This document shows positions 23,496 through 36,917 of a stretch of 64,000 bases of DNA, in pieces. Every line of letters starts with the position of its first letter. Within the stretch, counting starts at the first letter, position 1. Source of the DNA: Octopus bimaculoides (lineage: Eukaryota); contig NC_068986.1 of assembly GCF_001194135.2 (NCBI RefSeq), positions 21,581,704 to 21,645,703 of the forward strand. Reading direction: 5' to 3'. The notes beneath the pieces are model-generated. The model did no database searches, was not told the origin of the DNA, and was given only the letters and a program-made list of their open reading frames with translations. A program made the translations under genes and the position numbers.

Positions 23496-23669
23496 ATGAA
23501 CACCCTTTCAGCCAACGCAGACAGTTTATGGTCTACACTTTGTATCAAATTGAAACATAGTGTTGTATTTATTGATAATGTATCTTCTGAAATCCTCCAT
23601 TGGAATGGTGGCCTCACAAGAATTGTAAAAGCTGGAGTTAATGATGTTAGAGAGTTTTCTTCTTTTGAG
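23496..23669 (+). CDS. SCFD2: SCFD2 coding exon 1 (MNTLSANADSLW...VREFSSFE)
   Basis: Acceptor at 23469, ATG at 23496, GAG|gtatga; VVFIDNVSSEILHW resembles human VVYLDAACAESLHW. Confidence 0.88.
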
Positions 23670-24676
23670 GTATGATTATATATTCAAATAGATTACAGCC
23701 TCATTGTTAAGTAATTAATCCAAAAAGGATTTATAAATTTATTCAATATGCTTTTCCTTTTAATCAACTATAAATCAATCTTGTTGAATAAGAAAACAGA
23801 GAAGAGGGAGAAATTCTTACAATGTGACAAGGAAAAAATTTAATAACCTTTATATATTTCAGGCACAGAAGCCTATCATCAAAATAAACAGTCCAGAAAT
23901 CCTGTGGTGTCCTTGTGAGTTACGAGTACACCATTGCCCCTATTATGAACTCTGCAGCCATTAGTGGCACCATTTGAGGAATGACGGCTGTTCCTATATT
24001 CACCGATTTCAATGATATTCTTCACCCACTTTTTTAGACAATTCCATTTGACTGATTGGAAGATCTTTTTCTCATAAATAATAATCTAGATACACTCGTA
24101 TCTCAACTGCAATAGATATTATCCTTCAGAATTTCAGGATATTTACACTCAGTTCTAATGAATCTTTTGAGCTTGAAAAGGCCTTTCTCAGTTGCCCTGT
24201 TGCAGCTTGCTCTCTTTATTAAGACTTAAACACCCCTAATATTTCTTCAGTGAAATATCTCTGAAATGGAAAATATATTTACTCCCCTGACTTAGTTGAG
24301 GGACTTTTTCGTGATCTTTTCTTGTCATACAACCTCACTACTGCTGGTGGCATGAAAAAAGTCATCCGCTTTATACTATTAAGCTGTAGGTGTTAGGAAT
24401 GGCATCCAGCCATAGAAGTCGTGCCAATGCTGACGCTGGAGCTTAATGCAGCCTTGAGGCTTGCCGGATCCTGTCAAACCATCCAATGAATGTTAGATGA
24501 CAATAATGACATTAGGCTTATCAGATGATTGAAAAAGAATTCACAGGGTTATCTCATAAAATTACTTTAAAATGACAATTATAGTTTTGAAGAATGTGTA
24601 ATTTTTGACCATTATTAATGATAAGATTAATTTTGATTCTATTCTCTGTTTTTTTCTTTTTCTGGTTCATTTGTAG

Positions 24677-24925
24677 AGAGCTCTTCCTTCTCAGAAGAAA
24701 GGTGTTTTCATTGTGAGCTCACTTCTTCAAAATGTAACGGCTGCTGTCATCCAAGATATAATCCAATCCAGCCAATTTCAATATGTAATTATTATCACAA
24801 CTGTCAGCCCCTATACTCATGCCCTGTGCAAAAGCAGTATCCAGGGAGCTGATTTACCCAATTCAGCGGGACAACAAATATTTCACCAGTTTGAAGACAA
24901 TGTATTGGAGTGGCTTGGAAATCTT
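24677..24925 (+). CDS. SCFD2: SCFD2 exon (RALPSQKKGVFIVSSLL...EWLGNL)
   Basis: gtag|AGA...CTT|gtaagt, 249 nt. Confidence 0.93.
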
Positions 24926-25808
24926 GTAAGTATAACAGTTTGTTTAAAAATTAAATATAAATTTATAGGGACAGGCATTACTGTGTGGTTAAGAAGTACA
25001 CTTCTTGACCATGTGCTTTCAAGTTCAGTCCTACTGTATGGAACCTTGAGCAAGTGTCTTCTGCTATAGCCCAAAGACTTGTGAGTGGATTCGGTAGACA
25101 GAAACTGAAAAAAACCCATCATGTGCATATGTGCGCATGTGCGCATGTGTGTGTGTGTGTGTTTGTGTCTCTTTGTCTTTATGATAGTTGTAAATGAGTG
25201 TTACCATCATACAAGCAGTGACATATCTTTCCAATCTTCCATGGAAACCTGTCCAGCCATAGTGAAATGTTACCATACTTGGAAACGTGAAGATTGGCAA
25301 TAAGAAGGGCATCCAGCCATAGAGGATTTGCCTCAACAAGTTCTGTCTGACCCATGCAAGCATGGAAAAGTAGATATTAAGACAATGAGAATAATGCTGG
25401 TAAGTGTGTGACATGCATTTCATTGTAGTCATTATCACTAGAGAAGTTTGTCATGTCTTCAAAAAGACTAAAGCACCCTTCTACAGTGCATTGTATCCCT
25501 TCATTTGCTAGCTCCACTACAGAGTGAGCTGGGTGCATTTATCATGGCACTAGCATAAGAAGGGTTCCCTTGTCCCCTGCAAGACTCTATTTTCTTCAAG
25601 ACAAAAATAACTGAGGGCATGTTTCTCTTGAAAAAATGGTGGCAATGTTGAGCAATTATGTAAAATATTTTTATAAGGATTATGAAAGAAATTTACCATT
25701 ATTTTGTAAGTTAGAGAAATAATAATGATGAATTTTTCAGGATTAAATATGTATATATTTGCCTTACTTTCTTTCTTGTTTATATTCTAAATATTTCTTC
25801 TTCTTCAG

Positions 25809-25952
25809 AATTATACAGTCGAAATCACTCATGTTCCATTATCCACAATAACCGTGGGGGAAAATCTCTTCATAAACCCCGCATATACTGAGATGTTCCC
25901 TTTATCAAAAGCAGATGTGAAAGAGATTGATCTACGTATTCGAGCTGCAAGA
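25809..25952 (+). CDS. SCFD2: SCFD2 exon (NYTVEITHVPL...RAAR)
   Basis: tcag|AAT...AGA|gtaagt, 144 nt. Confidence 0.92.
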
Positions 25953-26066
25953 GTAAGTTTGATAGTCTTTTATAACAGGGTTTTGAAATTGCTAATTACT
26001 TGAGAGATTTTGAAACATTTATAGATAATAATGTTTACCAAAGTTTTTCATCATACATTTATCATC

Positions 26067-27030
26067 CTCGTCATCATCATCATTTAACGTCCGCTTTCCA
26101 TGCTAGCATGGGTTGGACGATTTGACTGAGGACTGGTGAAACCGGATGGCAACACCAGGCTCCAATCTAATTTGGCAGAGTTTCTACAGCTGGATACCCT
26201 TCCTAACGCCAACCACTTAGAGAGTGTAGTGGGTGTTTTTAGGTGTCACCCGCACGAAGGCCAGTCAGGCGGTACTGGCAACGGCCACGCTCGAAATGGT
26301 GTCTTTTATGTGCCACCCACACAAGAGCCAGTCCAGGGGCACTGGCAACGATCTCGCTCGAAATTCCTANNNNNNNNNNNNNNNNNNNNNNNNNNNNNNN
26401 NNNNNNNNNNNNNNNNNNNNNNNNNNNNNNNNNNNNNNNNNNNNNNNNNNNNNNNNNNNNNNNNNNNNNNNNNNNNNNNNNNNNNNNNNNNNNNNNNNNN
26501 NNNNNNNNNNNNNNNNNNNNNNNNNNNNNNNNATCCTCATCCATTCTCACCACATGTCCATACCAGCGCAATCGTCTCTCTTGCACACCACAATTGATGC
26601 TTCTAATGTTCAGCTTTTCTCTCAAGATACTTACACTCTGACGGGTATTCACATTGACATTACACATCCAACGGAGCATACTGGCTTCATTCCTTGCGAG
26701 CTTACGCATGTCCTCAGCAGTTACAGCCCATGTTTCACTGCCATGTAGCATGGCTGTTCGTACACATGCGTCATACAGTCTGCCTTTTACTCTGAGTGAG
26801 AATCCCATTGTCGCCAGCAGAGGTAAGAGCTCTCTAAACTTTGCCCAGGCTATTCTTATTCTAGCAGCTACACTTTCAGCTTACCCACCCCTCTACTAAC
26901 TTGGTCACCCAGATAGCGGAAGCTATCGACTACCTCTAGTTTTTCACTCTGGAATGAGATAGAAGTTGTTTCCTGTTTGTTTACAGTCTTTATTGCACCT
27001 GAACATCTGCCACATACAAAAACTAACTTC
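26067..27030 (-). mobile_element. 5'-truncated young RTE LINE spanning an N gap
   Basis: GRLYDACVRTAMLHGSETWAVT...ERRLRWYGHVVRM, 3'UTR, tail. Confidence 0.9.
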
Positions 27031-27574
27031 CTTCCTATAATAGAATTTATGATGTGGTTAATGTACAAAATAATATATGCTGAGAGACGGTGATATTTAA
27101 TATATCTTATTATAAAAAATAATATAAAAGAGACTACAACACAGTATTTTAAATAACCAGCACAGTTAACCTACAAATTCTAGTTAAATCCCTCTTGCTA
27201 AGGAGGTACAACAAAAGTGATTTCTATTAATTTTTTCCTCTCTAATGAGTTCATATAAATAGTAATTAATCTGTTTCCTGCTGGTGAAGGGATCATATAG
27301 CTGCTCCCTTGTTGACTCAAGGTATGACTGTTTTATAAAACAGAGATTTAGTGTTTTGGTACCCCTTTAATTTAGCATCTCTTTCTTCACTTTTATCCTC
27401 GAGAGAGTCAGGAATATCAAAAATTCTTAATTTTCCTTTCTACCATTTTATTACAAGATTAAACATATAACCTGCACAATCATAAAAAGTGTTAGAAATT
27501 TTGATAATTTAGTATTTTGTTTAGCAATTGTTGCTTATTCATTTTTTCTCTCTTTTTTTTCTTCTTTTTTTTAG

Positions 27575-27649
27575 CCAGAGAAAACAACGAGCTGTCTTCC
27601 AGATTTGGAAATTTCACAGTTGCCAAGAAATTTACAAACATTATACAAA
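27575..27649 (+). CDS. SCFD2: SCFD2 exon (PEKTTSCLPDLEISQLPRNLQTLYK)
   Basis: Long pyrimidine tract, ttag|CCA...AAA|gtatgt, 75 nt. Confidence 0.85.
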
Positions 27650-28671
27650 GTATGTAAATCTTTTGAGATTTATTTTTATGTAATTTAATATTGTAAAAGA
27701 TTTTATATTGAATCAACATTTCATGTAACTAGATAATTCTAACTAAAAGATGAAGATAAAGGGAAGATTAAAGCAGTATCAAATGTGATTAGTTGCTAAA
27801 TAACTGCTGTTTTTACCAATTGGAATTTCATAGTAAATTACCAAATTATAATGATCTAAAGGAAAAAAAATCATTCTTTACATTTTATATACCATCCAAC
27901 CCATGCCAGCATGGGAAATGGATGTTAAATGATGATGATGATGATGATATTCATAGTTAATTGTTGATTCTTGGCTACTATTGAAATGAATTTAATAGTA
28001 TTGTAAGCTTAGATACATTAAAAAAAAAAACTAAAACAGAATTTGATTTAAACCAATTTTTATCAAACTGGAGAGATTTCTTTTATTTTTGGCAACTTCC
28101 ATCCAGATATTCTGGGGAAGCTATGTAGGTGCTAAACAATTTTCTAATTCAAATTTATGATGCTTAACTACTGAAAAAATTTGATATTNNNNNNNNNNNN
28201 NNNNNNNNNNNNNNNNNTCTTCCTTTATTAAGAGATATTTTGTATAATTGTTAGTTTCTGACAGTAATTGATTCTAAGCTGAAAAGACATCAGTTTGTAA
28301 CCCAGCACTAGAAAACAATTTTATTCATATATATAGAATTTTAAGCTCTTAATGGCCAAATCGCTTTAGCTGTAAATAGGTGTTATGAGTTGGTACAGCT
28401 TCTTGTTGCAAGTGGGAGTACTGTAAAAGCAATGTTTTGCTACTGGGAAACAATCGCTATGATAATAGGTGCTTTGGGAATCATCAAAAAACATGCATTC
28501 AAATACATAACCAAAACCTCAAGACTTATGAATATATTGGGTTGTCCAGAAAGTTTGTGCTGATTTTTAAAGGAAAGAAAAAGGTCAATAAATACTTGCC
28601 ATTGCATTTTTAGTAGTTTATTTTTAATTTTGGAATTAATTATAAGTTGTGTTACTTGCCTATCTTTTCAG

Positions 28672-28803
28672 ATGTTTGTGTCATCATTTAATGACATTTT
28701 GGAACAACTCTCCGTAAAAGAAGACATCTATTCCGTTGGACATACCAGTCGATGTATTGCTATGGAATTAGAAAACTATGGACCTGCAAAATCTCGACGA
28801 AAA
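28672..28803 (+). CDS. SCFD2: SCFD2 exon (MFVSSFNDILEQL...PAKSRRK)
   Basis: tcag|ATG...AAA|gtaaga, 132 nt. Confidence 0.93.
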
Positions 28804-29612
28804 GTAAGAAATATATGTTTGTATGTGGGTGTGTGTGTGTGCATTTATTCATTTATTTATTAGTTGGTCAGAGGAGATGCTGGCTTTCTTCGACTGGTGT
28901 TATCGATGTGGCTAGTTTCCATTTTAAACAGCTGCAGGTCAATGACTACCTACAGGGAAAACATAGTGTGACATGTGACCGAATCAATATGATGACATCT
29001 TACTGACTGAAGGGGCATCAGTTCATAAATATACACTGATGGTGTACCATATCTATGACAAAGGCAATTGGCTCTCAAATGCAGGACTATGATTCACCTA
29101 ATCATAATTCGTTGCCCATAAAGCTGGATACAATGTTCATTGCTATAGGCATCAGTACAACTATATATATATATGTATGCAATATTAATAATAAAGAGTA
29201 TGTTATGAGTCAATCGCACAAATTTCTTTTACCTATCCCACTCCACACCAAGAGAGCCTGTATTTTTGTTAGAATTTTATTTTGTCCATATTATCATCAA
29301 TGAAGCCCAGTTCCTGAGGTCAGGTGTGCACTGCAGCATCTCTTCCCTTTGTCTCTGTTTTACATCAGCTCTCATCAGAATTGAATGATTTAAACGTCTA
29401 CTACATCTATCCTGTCTCATTCTTCCTTCATCCATCTAAGAATCTGGCTTCCCTCAACTGTTAACACAACATTTTTTTAACTCTATCACATCTTGGTAAA
29501 ATATTTAGGTTAATACTAAAAACACTAATTAATGATATTTGTGAAAAGCGTTGAAAAAACCATAGCCCTATCTTATTTTAACTAGTATGTTTTATATTTT
29601 CACCTGAAATAG

Positions 29613-29785
29613 AATTGTGCCAGTAAAGCATCGGTTATTTTTGTGGATCGTTCTTTGGACATTGTTGGTGCTGTTGGTCATCAGACAGAAACTCTCTTTG
29701 ATAAAATATTGTCAATTTTACCTTCATTACCTGGACACATCATTGACCGTAATATAAACATGGAATCCATGAGGCCAGATTCAAA
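29613..29785 (+). CDS. SCFD2: SCFD2 exon (NCASKASVIFVDRSLDIVGAVGH...RPDS)
   Basis: atag|AAT...AA|gtaagt, 173 nt. Confidence 0.94.
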
Positions 29786-31227
29786 GTAAGTTCAGAAATT
29801 ATTGTATTCAATATGAACTTGTTTGACATAGTTTGCAATGCTGACACACCATGCCAACTGTTGGAAGATGGATTTGCTTTTGTATGTTTGTATGTTTGTA
29901 GTTCTATTTCAGTTCTTATTCAAAGAAACTCTTTTTTTCCTACTGTTTTAAACTTGGAGAAACATGTTGGATAATGAAATCCATGATAAACTATGTCTAG
30001 AAAAAAAGTTGATAGTTTGATCATGTTTGGATTGTTTTTGTTCATGGGCTGGTTGAGTGAGGCTTGCCTTGGGGCAGAATAACAGCTTTAACTATTTCCA
30101 GATCACAAATCATTCATGTTGATGGTGTTTAACAGCAGTTTCTGAATTGCTAAGCAATGAGTTATATTTTTGATGGAGAGAATGTTGTTATAAGAAGTGT
30201 TTAAAAGACAAATCTACTGTTACCAATTTTCTTGCCCTTGTAATATGCAAATACAGAACTAAAATCAAAAGTAGAGTCCCAAATGAGTATGAAACAATAA
30301 CTGAAAAGTACAACTAATTGAAGAGTGCCACTTATTTAAAATCAACCAAACCTTCTAAAACATTGATAAATTTAAAAAAGCTCAACATGATTTTGTCTAC
30401 AGTTAAGAAATTAAAGAATGGAAATATATTGAAAGCAAAATAGATTTGATTGTTTATACAGCAGTAAACAAACAATCCTCCCTAGCATGGTCAATGGCCA
30501 GTGAAATCAATCACAAGAAAAGTATCCTTTTTTTCCTTATATGTCTAGAATTATAAGATTTTGCATTATTTAGTACACATTAATTAATTGTAGTATACAA
30601 TGCTGTAGATCAGTTAGTTTATATTGTATATAATTATGTATAATTATTAGTTTTTCTTAAATGTCTTCATAGCTCAACTCACCACCACATTGTTCTTGTT
30701 ACTTCTTATCAAAAAATTATATCTGTATTAATGATGTTATACACACATTGTTTTTACTTGTCTCTCATAATTTCCAATACTTGTAAACTTTAGAAAATTT
30801 TAAAATAAATTTGATAAACTGTACAAGTCAGAGCTACTTTTCATATAAAGTCCTGTCTCCTATTCAAAATCTAATCTCTATTTCTTAAATTGTCATTTAT
30901 CAAATATGATCATTTAAGTGGCCACATCATATTTTGATTTTGGATTTTGTTCACTCCATTCTGTATGACATAGCTGGAATGATAATTCATGTCACAAATT
31001 AACTTCATATCTATTAAACAAGCTTCTCTATTACAACTCCTAACTTCTGCATACACTATGACAAACTCCTTACAGCATACATAGGACTCCTCACAAATTC
31101 TTTACCAAGTTTCTATCTTAGCTTATTTGAAGTATCAAGTGTATTACATATGAATACTTCACATTATCTCACATTCCTTACAGATCACTTTTAAATAGGT
31201 TGTTAATAGATGTGCAATTGTCATTAA

Positions 31228-31463
31228 CCCTTTTATTGTGGAAATCAGAAAAATCCTCTCAAAATTTCATTACTTTTAACTGTGGAAAGCAGTTTATATA
31301 CCACACTATGTTTTGTTGAAGAATGTCATGTTTGAAATTATTTTCTTGATGAGACATGTCAGATTTATTGAGGCAATTTGTAGAAAATACCAATTCTATT
31401 GTTTGGTAGATATTTAACATCATTACTAGAATAATCATCAAATTTAATTTTACAATTAAAGGG
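31228..31463. mobile_element. piggyBac-type MITE with TTAA target-site duplication
   Basis: TTAA-CCCTTTT...TAAAGGG-TTAA. Confidence 0.65.
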
Positions 31464-31717
31464 TTAATGGTAATAACAGAATCTCATTTCTTTATAATTC
31501 ACTATCTGGCCATGTATTAATGCCATCACCTCTTCCAAAATAAACTGCATTGACTTCACTGAATCATTCCAATTCTTATCTACTTGGTCTCTGACATCCA
31601 CCATTTGTCTCTGGAATTACAGATATATATATTTATAGTCAAATCAAATCTCCACTATCTTTCAAATCTTTAAGAAAATTTTAAAAGACTTTATCAACAT
31701 TTTGTTTATTTCAATAG

Positions 31718-31835
31718 TGTTTCAGAAAAACCAGTATCTTCTGATGAACCTGCCATTGCTCCAGGATGTTTGGTTTCTGCTTATGATGAGAATGAAAGGG
31801 ATCTCATTAATATTCTTATAAAAAATAATCAAAAG
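31718..31835 (+). CDS. SCFD2: SCFD2 exon (VSEKPVSSDEPAIAPGCL...NNQK)
   Basis: atag|T...AAG|gtatt, 118 nt. Confidence 0.88.
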
Positions 31836-32833
31836 GTATTTGAACAGCCTTGGTTGTTCTATTTCTATTTTCTGTTGTTCAATTAGTAAATGTTATAATC
31901 TAGTGTCCATGTCTTAATTTATGTTTTGTAAATTAGAAAATTACCAATATCTGCTAATATTAATTTGCAGATATTATTTTTGTTTCTTTTTACTGGCTTC
32001 ATTCAAGGGAATGTGGCCATGCTGCAGCAACACATTAAAGGGTTTAGTCGATCACATTGACTCCAGCGGTTATTTTGAGTTTGCTACTTTATTTTGTTGG
32101 TCTCTTTTTTGCTGAACCCCTAGAATATGGGGATGTTAACAAACCAACACAAGTTGACAAGCACACAGATGTGCAAACAAACATGTGCACATGGACACAC
32201 ACATACAAAGTTATAAATTTGGTGAGTTTCTGTACAGTTTCCATCTACCAAATTCACTCACATGATATTTGTTGGTCAGTTTAAGGCTATAGCAGAAAAT
32301 AGTAGCCCAAAGTACTGCACAGTAGGACTGAACCTGAAACAGTATGGGTGCAAAGCAATTTTTTAACAACACAACCATAGCTGTGCCTAAATGTTGGTCA
32401 TAGTTTTAGAATTATTTTATTCACAAATAGTTGATAAGTGACCTAGTATTTCAAAGAAGAAATACATAAAAAAATGAAATTAAATATAAATATATATATA
32501 TATATANNNNNNNNNNNNNNNNNNNNNNNNNNNNNNNNNNNNNNNNNNNNNNNNNNNNNNNNNNNNNNNNNNNNNNNNACCATTACGGCTGATCTTACTA
32601 ATCGGTTTCACACTAGGGGTTCAACGGAATATTAGATAAGTCTGATTATGTAACCCTGCACTCTTCAGAGGTAGCCATTATGGACTGAAATATGGCATTG
32701 AATATTAAAGCAATATATTAAGAGGATTAGGTAAGGTCTTTTTTTTTTTTAAAAAAGAAATACAAAGAAAGATATTTGGAAATATATGTTTGTGCATTTG
32801 TACTATATATTTTTTGACTAAATTTCTCCACAG

Positions 32834-32955
32834 GAAGCAATGTCAGAAATTAACGCCAGTGTTCTTCAAGCTGCAGTGGAAGAAAAGCTCCCCGTTAAAG
32901 TCGCTGTGAATCGAAACATTGTTGACAGTATAAAATCAACACTTAATTTGTTCAA
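32834..32955 (+). CDS. SCFD2: SCFD2 exon (EAMSEINASVLQAAVEEKLPVK...NLF)
   Basis: acag|GAA...AA|gtatgt, 122 nt. Confidence 0.92.
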
Positions 32956-34278
32956 GTATGTTTTAAGCTTTTTTTTGCAAATAAATTAGCTCCTTACACA
33001 TCCTTTAGATCTACTGAAGAGTCAGGGGAGGTAATCATCGCTAAACCATTAAAAAAAGATTGTTAGTTGTGCATTTGAACAATATATACAATAAACTCAT
33101 TATTATTAGAATCAGACAAAAAAAATTCAGTTCATTTGGGGTTTACATAAAGTTAACTTTGAAAGATTAGCAGAAAGCTTTCATAAATGCAATATATAGT
33201 TTAATTAATATTTATTTATTCATTTCAAAGGACAGAATTAGAAATATGGTTGCATAAACTGATCCAAACATAATTTTTGTGTATTTCACTCCACATAAAC
33301 TAAACCATGCAACATGGTGAAGTGGTTGTTTGCATGTCACACGTTATTCTTTTCAGTACCATCTCAAGACATGGGTACACCGGGCCAGTTGCCCAGGAGC
33401 TTCTATGTATGTTGTGGTTTGCAGTCAATGCATAAGTACAATAGAGCCCAGAACATTCTTCTGCCTAGGGATCTATAATACTGTAAAATGACCCTGATTC
33501 TTTCTTAGCTAATAATTGTCTTTAAACTCAATTGATTACCTCTCTATGATTCTTCAAAGGATCTTAATAGTTGATGAGTGTCATGATTTAAAAAAAAAAG
33601 GAAAAAAAAACAAAGTAATATTTACACAGAGAACTTTTAACATTAAAAATGATTTCTTTGTTTATTAAAAAAATAAAGTAGTTAAAAAAACTATTCCATT
33701 ATTTTTTTGTAACTCATAGCTAGAGAAAAAAAGTTTAAATCTAATTTATTAATTACATTAGAGATTTCTTTTTCTTGTTTTATTTATTCTGGTCATCAGA
33801 AATAATTATTTTGAAAATAAGCAAAAGATCACACATATAAAGAGGTGGTTATAATTGATTAGATTTATTTGATTACTTAAACAGTTCTTATTTTACCAAC
33901 CTCCACAGGAAATTGGTAAAAATTGGGTCATGACCAATTACTAGCATCTACTTTTTTTTTTTCTTTTTCCTCAAGCTGTAGGACTGGCTTCTTCAGTGTA
34001 TGAGTGACTAAGATCACAACACTCACTTTGAATAAGACGCTGGTCTGTTGCAGAGTTCAAGGCGAACAGTTTTGAATGGAAGGGGAAAGCCAAGTATGTT
34101 GACCCTAGCGTTTGACTGGTACTTTATTTCATTGACCCTGATGGGATGAAGGGCAAAATTGACCTTGGCAAGGATTTGAAATCGGAACATAAAGAGCCAG
34201 AAGAAATGTCACTATGAATTTTGTACAACATGCTAATAATTGTGCCAGCTCACTGCCTCCTACATAATTTGTCATAAT

Positions 34279-34492
34279 CCTTTGTACTAGAAGCACAAGG
34301 CCTCAAATTTTGGGGGAAGGGATTAAGTTGAATACATCAACCCCAGTGTGTAACTGGTACTAATTTTATCGACTCTGGAAGGATGAAACGCAAAGCTGAC
34401 CTCGGCGGAATTTGAACTCTGAATGTAGCAATGGGTGAAATATTGCTAAGCACCTGATCCAGCGTGCTAGCGATTCTGCCAGCTCGCTGCCT
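34279..34492 (-). mobile_element. Family-A SINE with 18-bp target-site duplication; an older copy lies adjacent at ~34075-34260
   Basis: tacata(a/t)tttgtcataat at 34261-34278 and 34493-34510. Confidence 0.75.
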
Positions 34493-35238
34493 TACATATT
34501 TTGTCATAATGAACCATTTTGAAAAACCACTGCTGCTAGAAACATCTTAAATTCAGCCTCACATTCCTCTTGAAAAGTTGCAAATCAATAACTGCAGAAA
34601 AACCTACACTGCAAAAGAATTTCAGGAAGTCAATATTCTGAGAAGGAGGCCTAAGACATAGCATTCAGTACAAGGCCTGGTGGATGGATACAGTATATCA
34701 TGTTTTATTTTTATGCATTCAGTTTTCAACAATAACATGGATACTGTTATGAATTAGAATATTTACATATTCTTGAAGTGATTGTTTTTTGAAGCTCAGT
34801 GCTTACATTTTCATTTATGATATAGCTATAAAGTAGGAATGAAACTGGTCTGTCACTAATAGAAACTGAAGCTAAGAAAATGGGAGAATTTAACAGAAAA
34901 ACTGTTTGTCCTAAATGTTTTATGTACTTTCTTGCAACTTCATTTTAATTCAATAAGTTTTCACTAGGATTTACATTGAGCACAATGTTACATGTGGCAG
35001 TCATTGCGAATGCCATGTAATACCATGCACTTTGTTCTAATTAACTGATGACAACTTCTGTAAAATGTATGATTTTTATTCACAAAATTACATGTAATAT
35101 TCTGTTCTTTTTCCAAACAAATAATATTGTAAAATGTGGGATTATGTTGTAAAGCTGTAAAATTCTTGAAGTTTTATTGCAGAAAGAGAGAAAAAAAAAA
35201 AAAAAAGAATCTCTATTTTTTCTTTTTTTCATTTCCAG

Positions 35239-35460
35239 GGGAAGATATGATGTGATTCAAAAACATTTGGCAGCAATACAAGTTGCTTTGGCTGCTGTAC
35301 AAATGTCAAACCATCCATCTAATAGTCATTTTAAACATCTTCAAGGAATGGAAAAAGTTATTTTACAAACTACTGCTGAAAAGAATGTCTCTCCTTTGAG
35401 TGAAATCTCTGAAATATTACGGATGTGTCAAAGCGAACGACATAAACCTCATGAAGGAAG
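35239..35460 (+). CDS. SCFD2: SCFD2 exon (GRYDVIQKHLAAIQVALA...HEG)
   Basis: ccag|G...AG|gtaatt, 222 nt. Confidence 0.9.
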
Positions 35461-35744
35461 GTAATTTGTGATAGAATTTATATTACCATATGACAAGTTT
35501 ACTTTGTTTCCATTTCATTCCATATGTTTTTGTATGTTTCACCAAACCGGAATTTTCTGAGGCTCAAATGAAATGCATTGTTTTTGTTCACCAGTTGAAT
35601 CTTAATCCAGCAGATCTATAATTGATAGTTTTTCAGTCTTTTTAGAAGTATCCAGGGCTACATTATTGAATGCTACACTATTTAATAAGTCTCTTTTAAG
35701 ACTCTAAGACAGTCATTCTCAAGTAGTACTTTATAAGAAATATC

Positions 35745-36917
35745 TAAAAGGCAGACTGTATGACGCATGTGTACGAACAGCCATGCTACATGGCAGTGAA
35801 ACATGGGCTGTAACTGCTGAGGACATACGTAAGCTCGCAAAGAATGAAGCCAGTATGCTCCGTTGGATGTGTAATGTCAATGTGAATACCCGTCAGAGTG
35901 TAAGTATCTTGAGAGAAAAGCTGAACATTAGAAGCATCAGTTGTGGTGTGCAAGAGAGACGATTGCGCTGGTATGGACATGTGGTGAGAATGGATGAGGA
36001 TAGCTGCATGAAAAAGTGCCACACCCTAACAGTTGAGGGAACCCGTGGANNNNNNNNNNNNNNNNNNNNNNNNNNNNNNNNNNNNNNNNNNNNNNNNNNN
36101 NNNNNNNNNNNNNNNNNNNNNNNNNNNNNNNNNNNNNNNNNNNNNNNNNNNNNNNNNNNNNNNNNNNNNNNNNNNNNNNNNNNNNNNNNNNNNNNNNNNN
36201 NNNNNNNNNNNNNNNNNNNNNNNNNNNNNNNNNNNNNNNNNNNNNNNNNNNNNNNNNNNNNNNNNNNNNNNNNNNNNNNNNNNNNNNNNNNNNNNNNNNN
36301 NNNNNNNNNNNNNNNNNNNNNNNNNNNNNNNNNNNNNNNNNNNNNNNNNNNNNNNNNNNNNNNNNNNNNNNNNNNNNNNNNNNNNNNNNNNNNNNNNNNN
36401 NNNNNNNNNNNNNNNNNNNNNNNNNNNNNNNNNNNNNNNNNNNNNNNNNNNNNNNNNNNNNNNNNNNNNNNNNNNNNNNNNNNNNNNNNNNNNNNNNNNN
36501 NNNNNNNNNNNNNNNNNNNNNNNNNNNNNNNNNNNNNNNNNNNNNNNNNNNNNNNNNNNNNNNNNNNNNNNNNNNNNNNNNNNNNNNNNNNGTACCGCCT
36601 GATTGGCCTCCGTAGGATTTTCGAGTGAGATCGTTGCCAGTGCCCCTGGACTGGCTTGTGCGGGTGGCACATAAAAGACACCATTTCGAGCGTGGCCGTT
36701 GCCAGTATCGCCTGACTGGCCTTCGTGCAGGTGACACGTAAAAGCACCTACTACACTCTCTGAGTGGTTGGCGTTAGGAAGGGCATCCAGCTGTAGAAAC
36801 TCTGCCAAATTTAGATTGGAGCCTGGTGTTGCCATCCGGTTTCACCAGTCCTCAGTCAAGTCGTCCAACCCATGCTAGCATGGAAAGCGGACGTTAAACG
36901 ATGATGATGATGATGAT
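35745..36917 (+). mobile_element. 5'-truncated young RTE LINE spanning an N gap
   Basis: MLHGSETWAVTAEDIRKLAKNEASMLRWMC..., 3'UTR, (GAT)n tail. Confidence 0.9.

Noticed and set aside
27571-27580. Closely spaced acceptors (tagccag here; caggcag at 38464-38470; ttcag at 31725)
   Set aside because: The offsets are not multiples of three and break the frame; no support for functional alternative acceptors.
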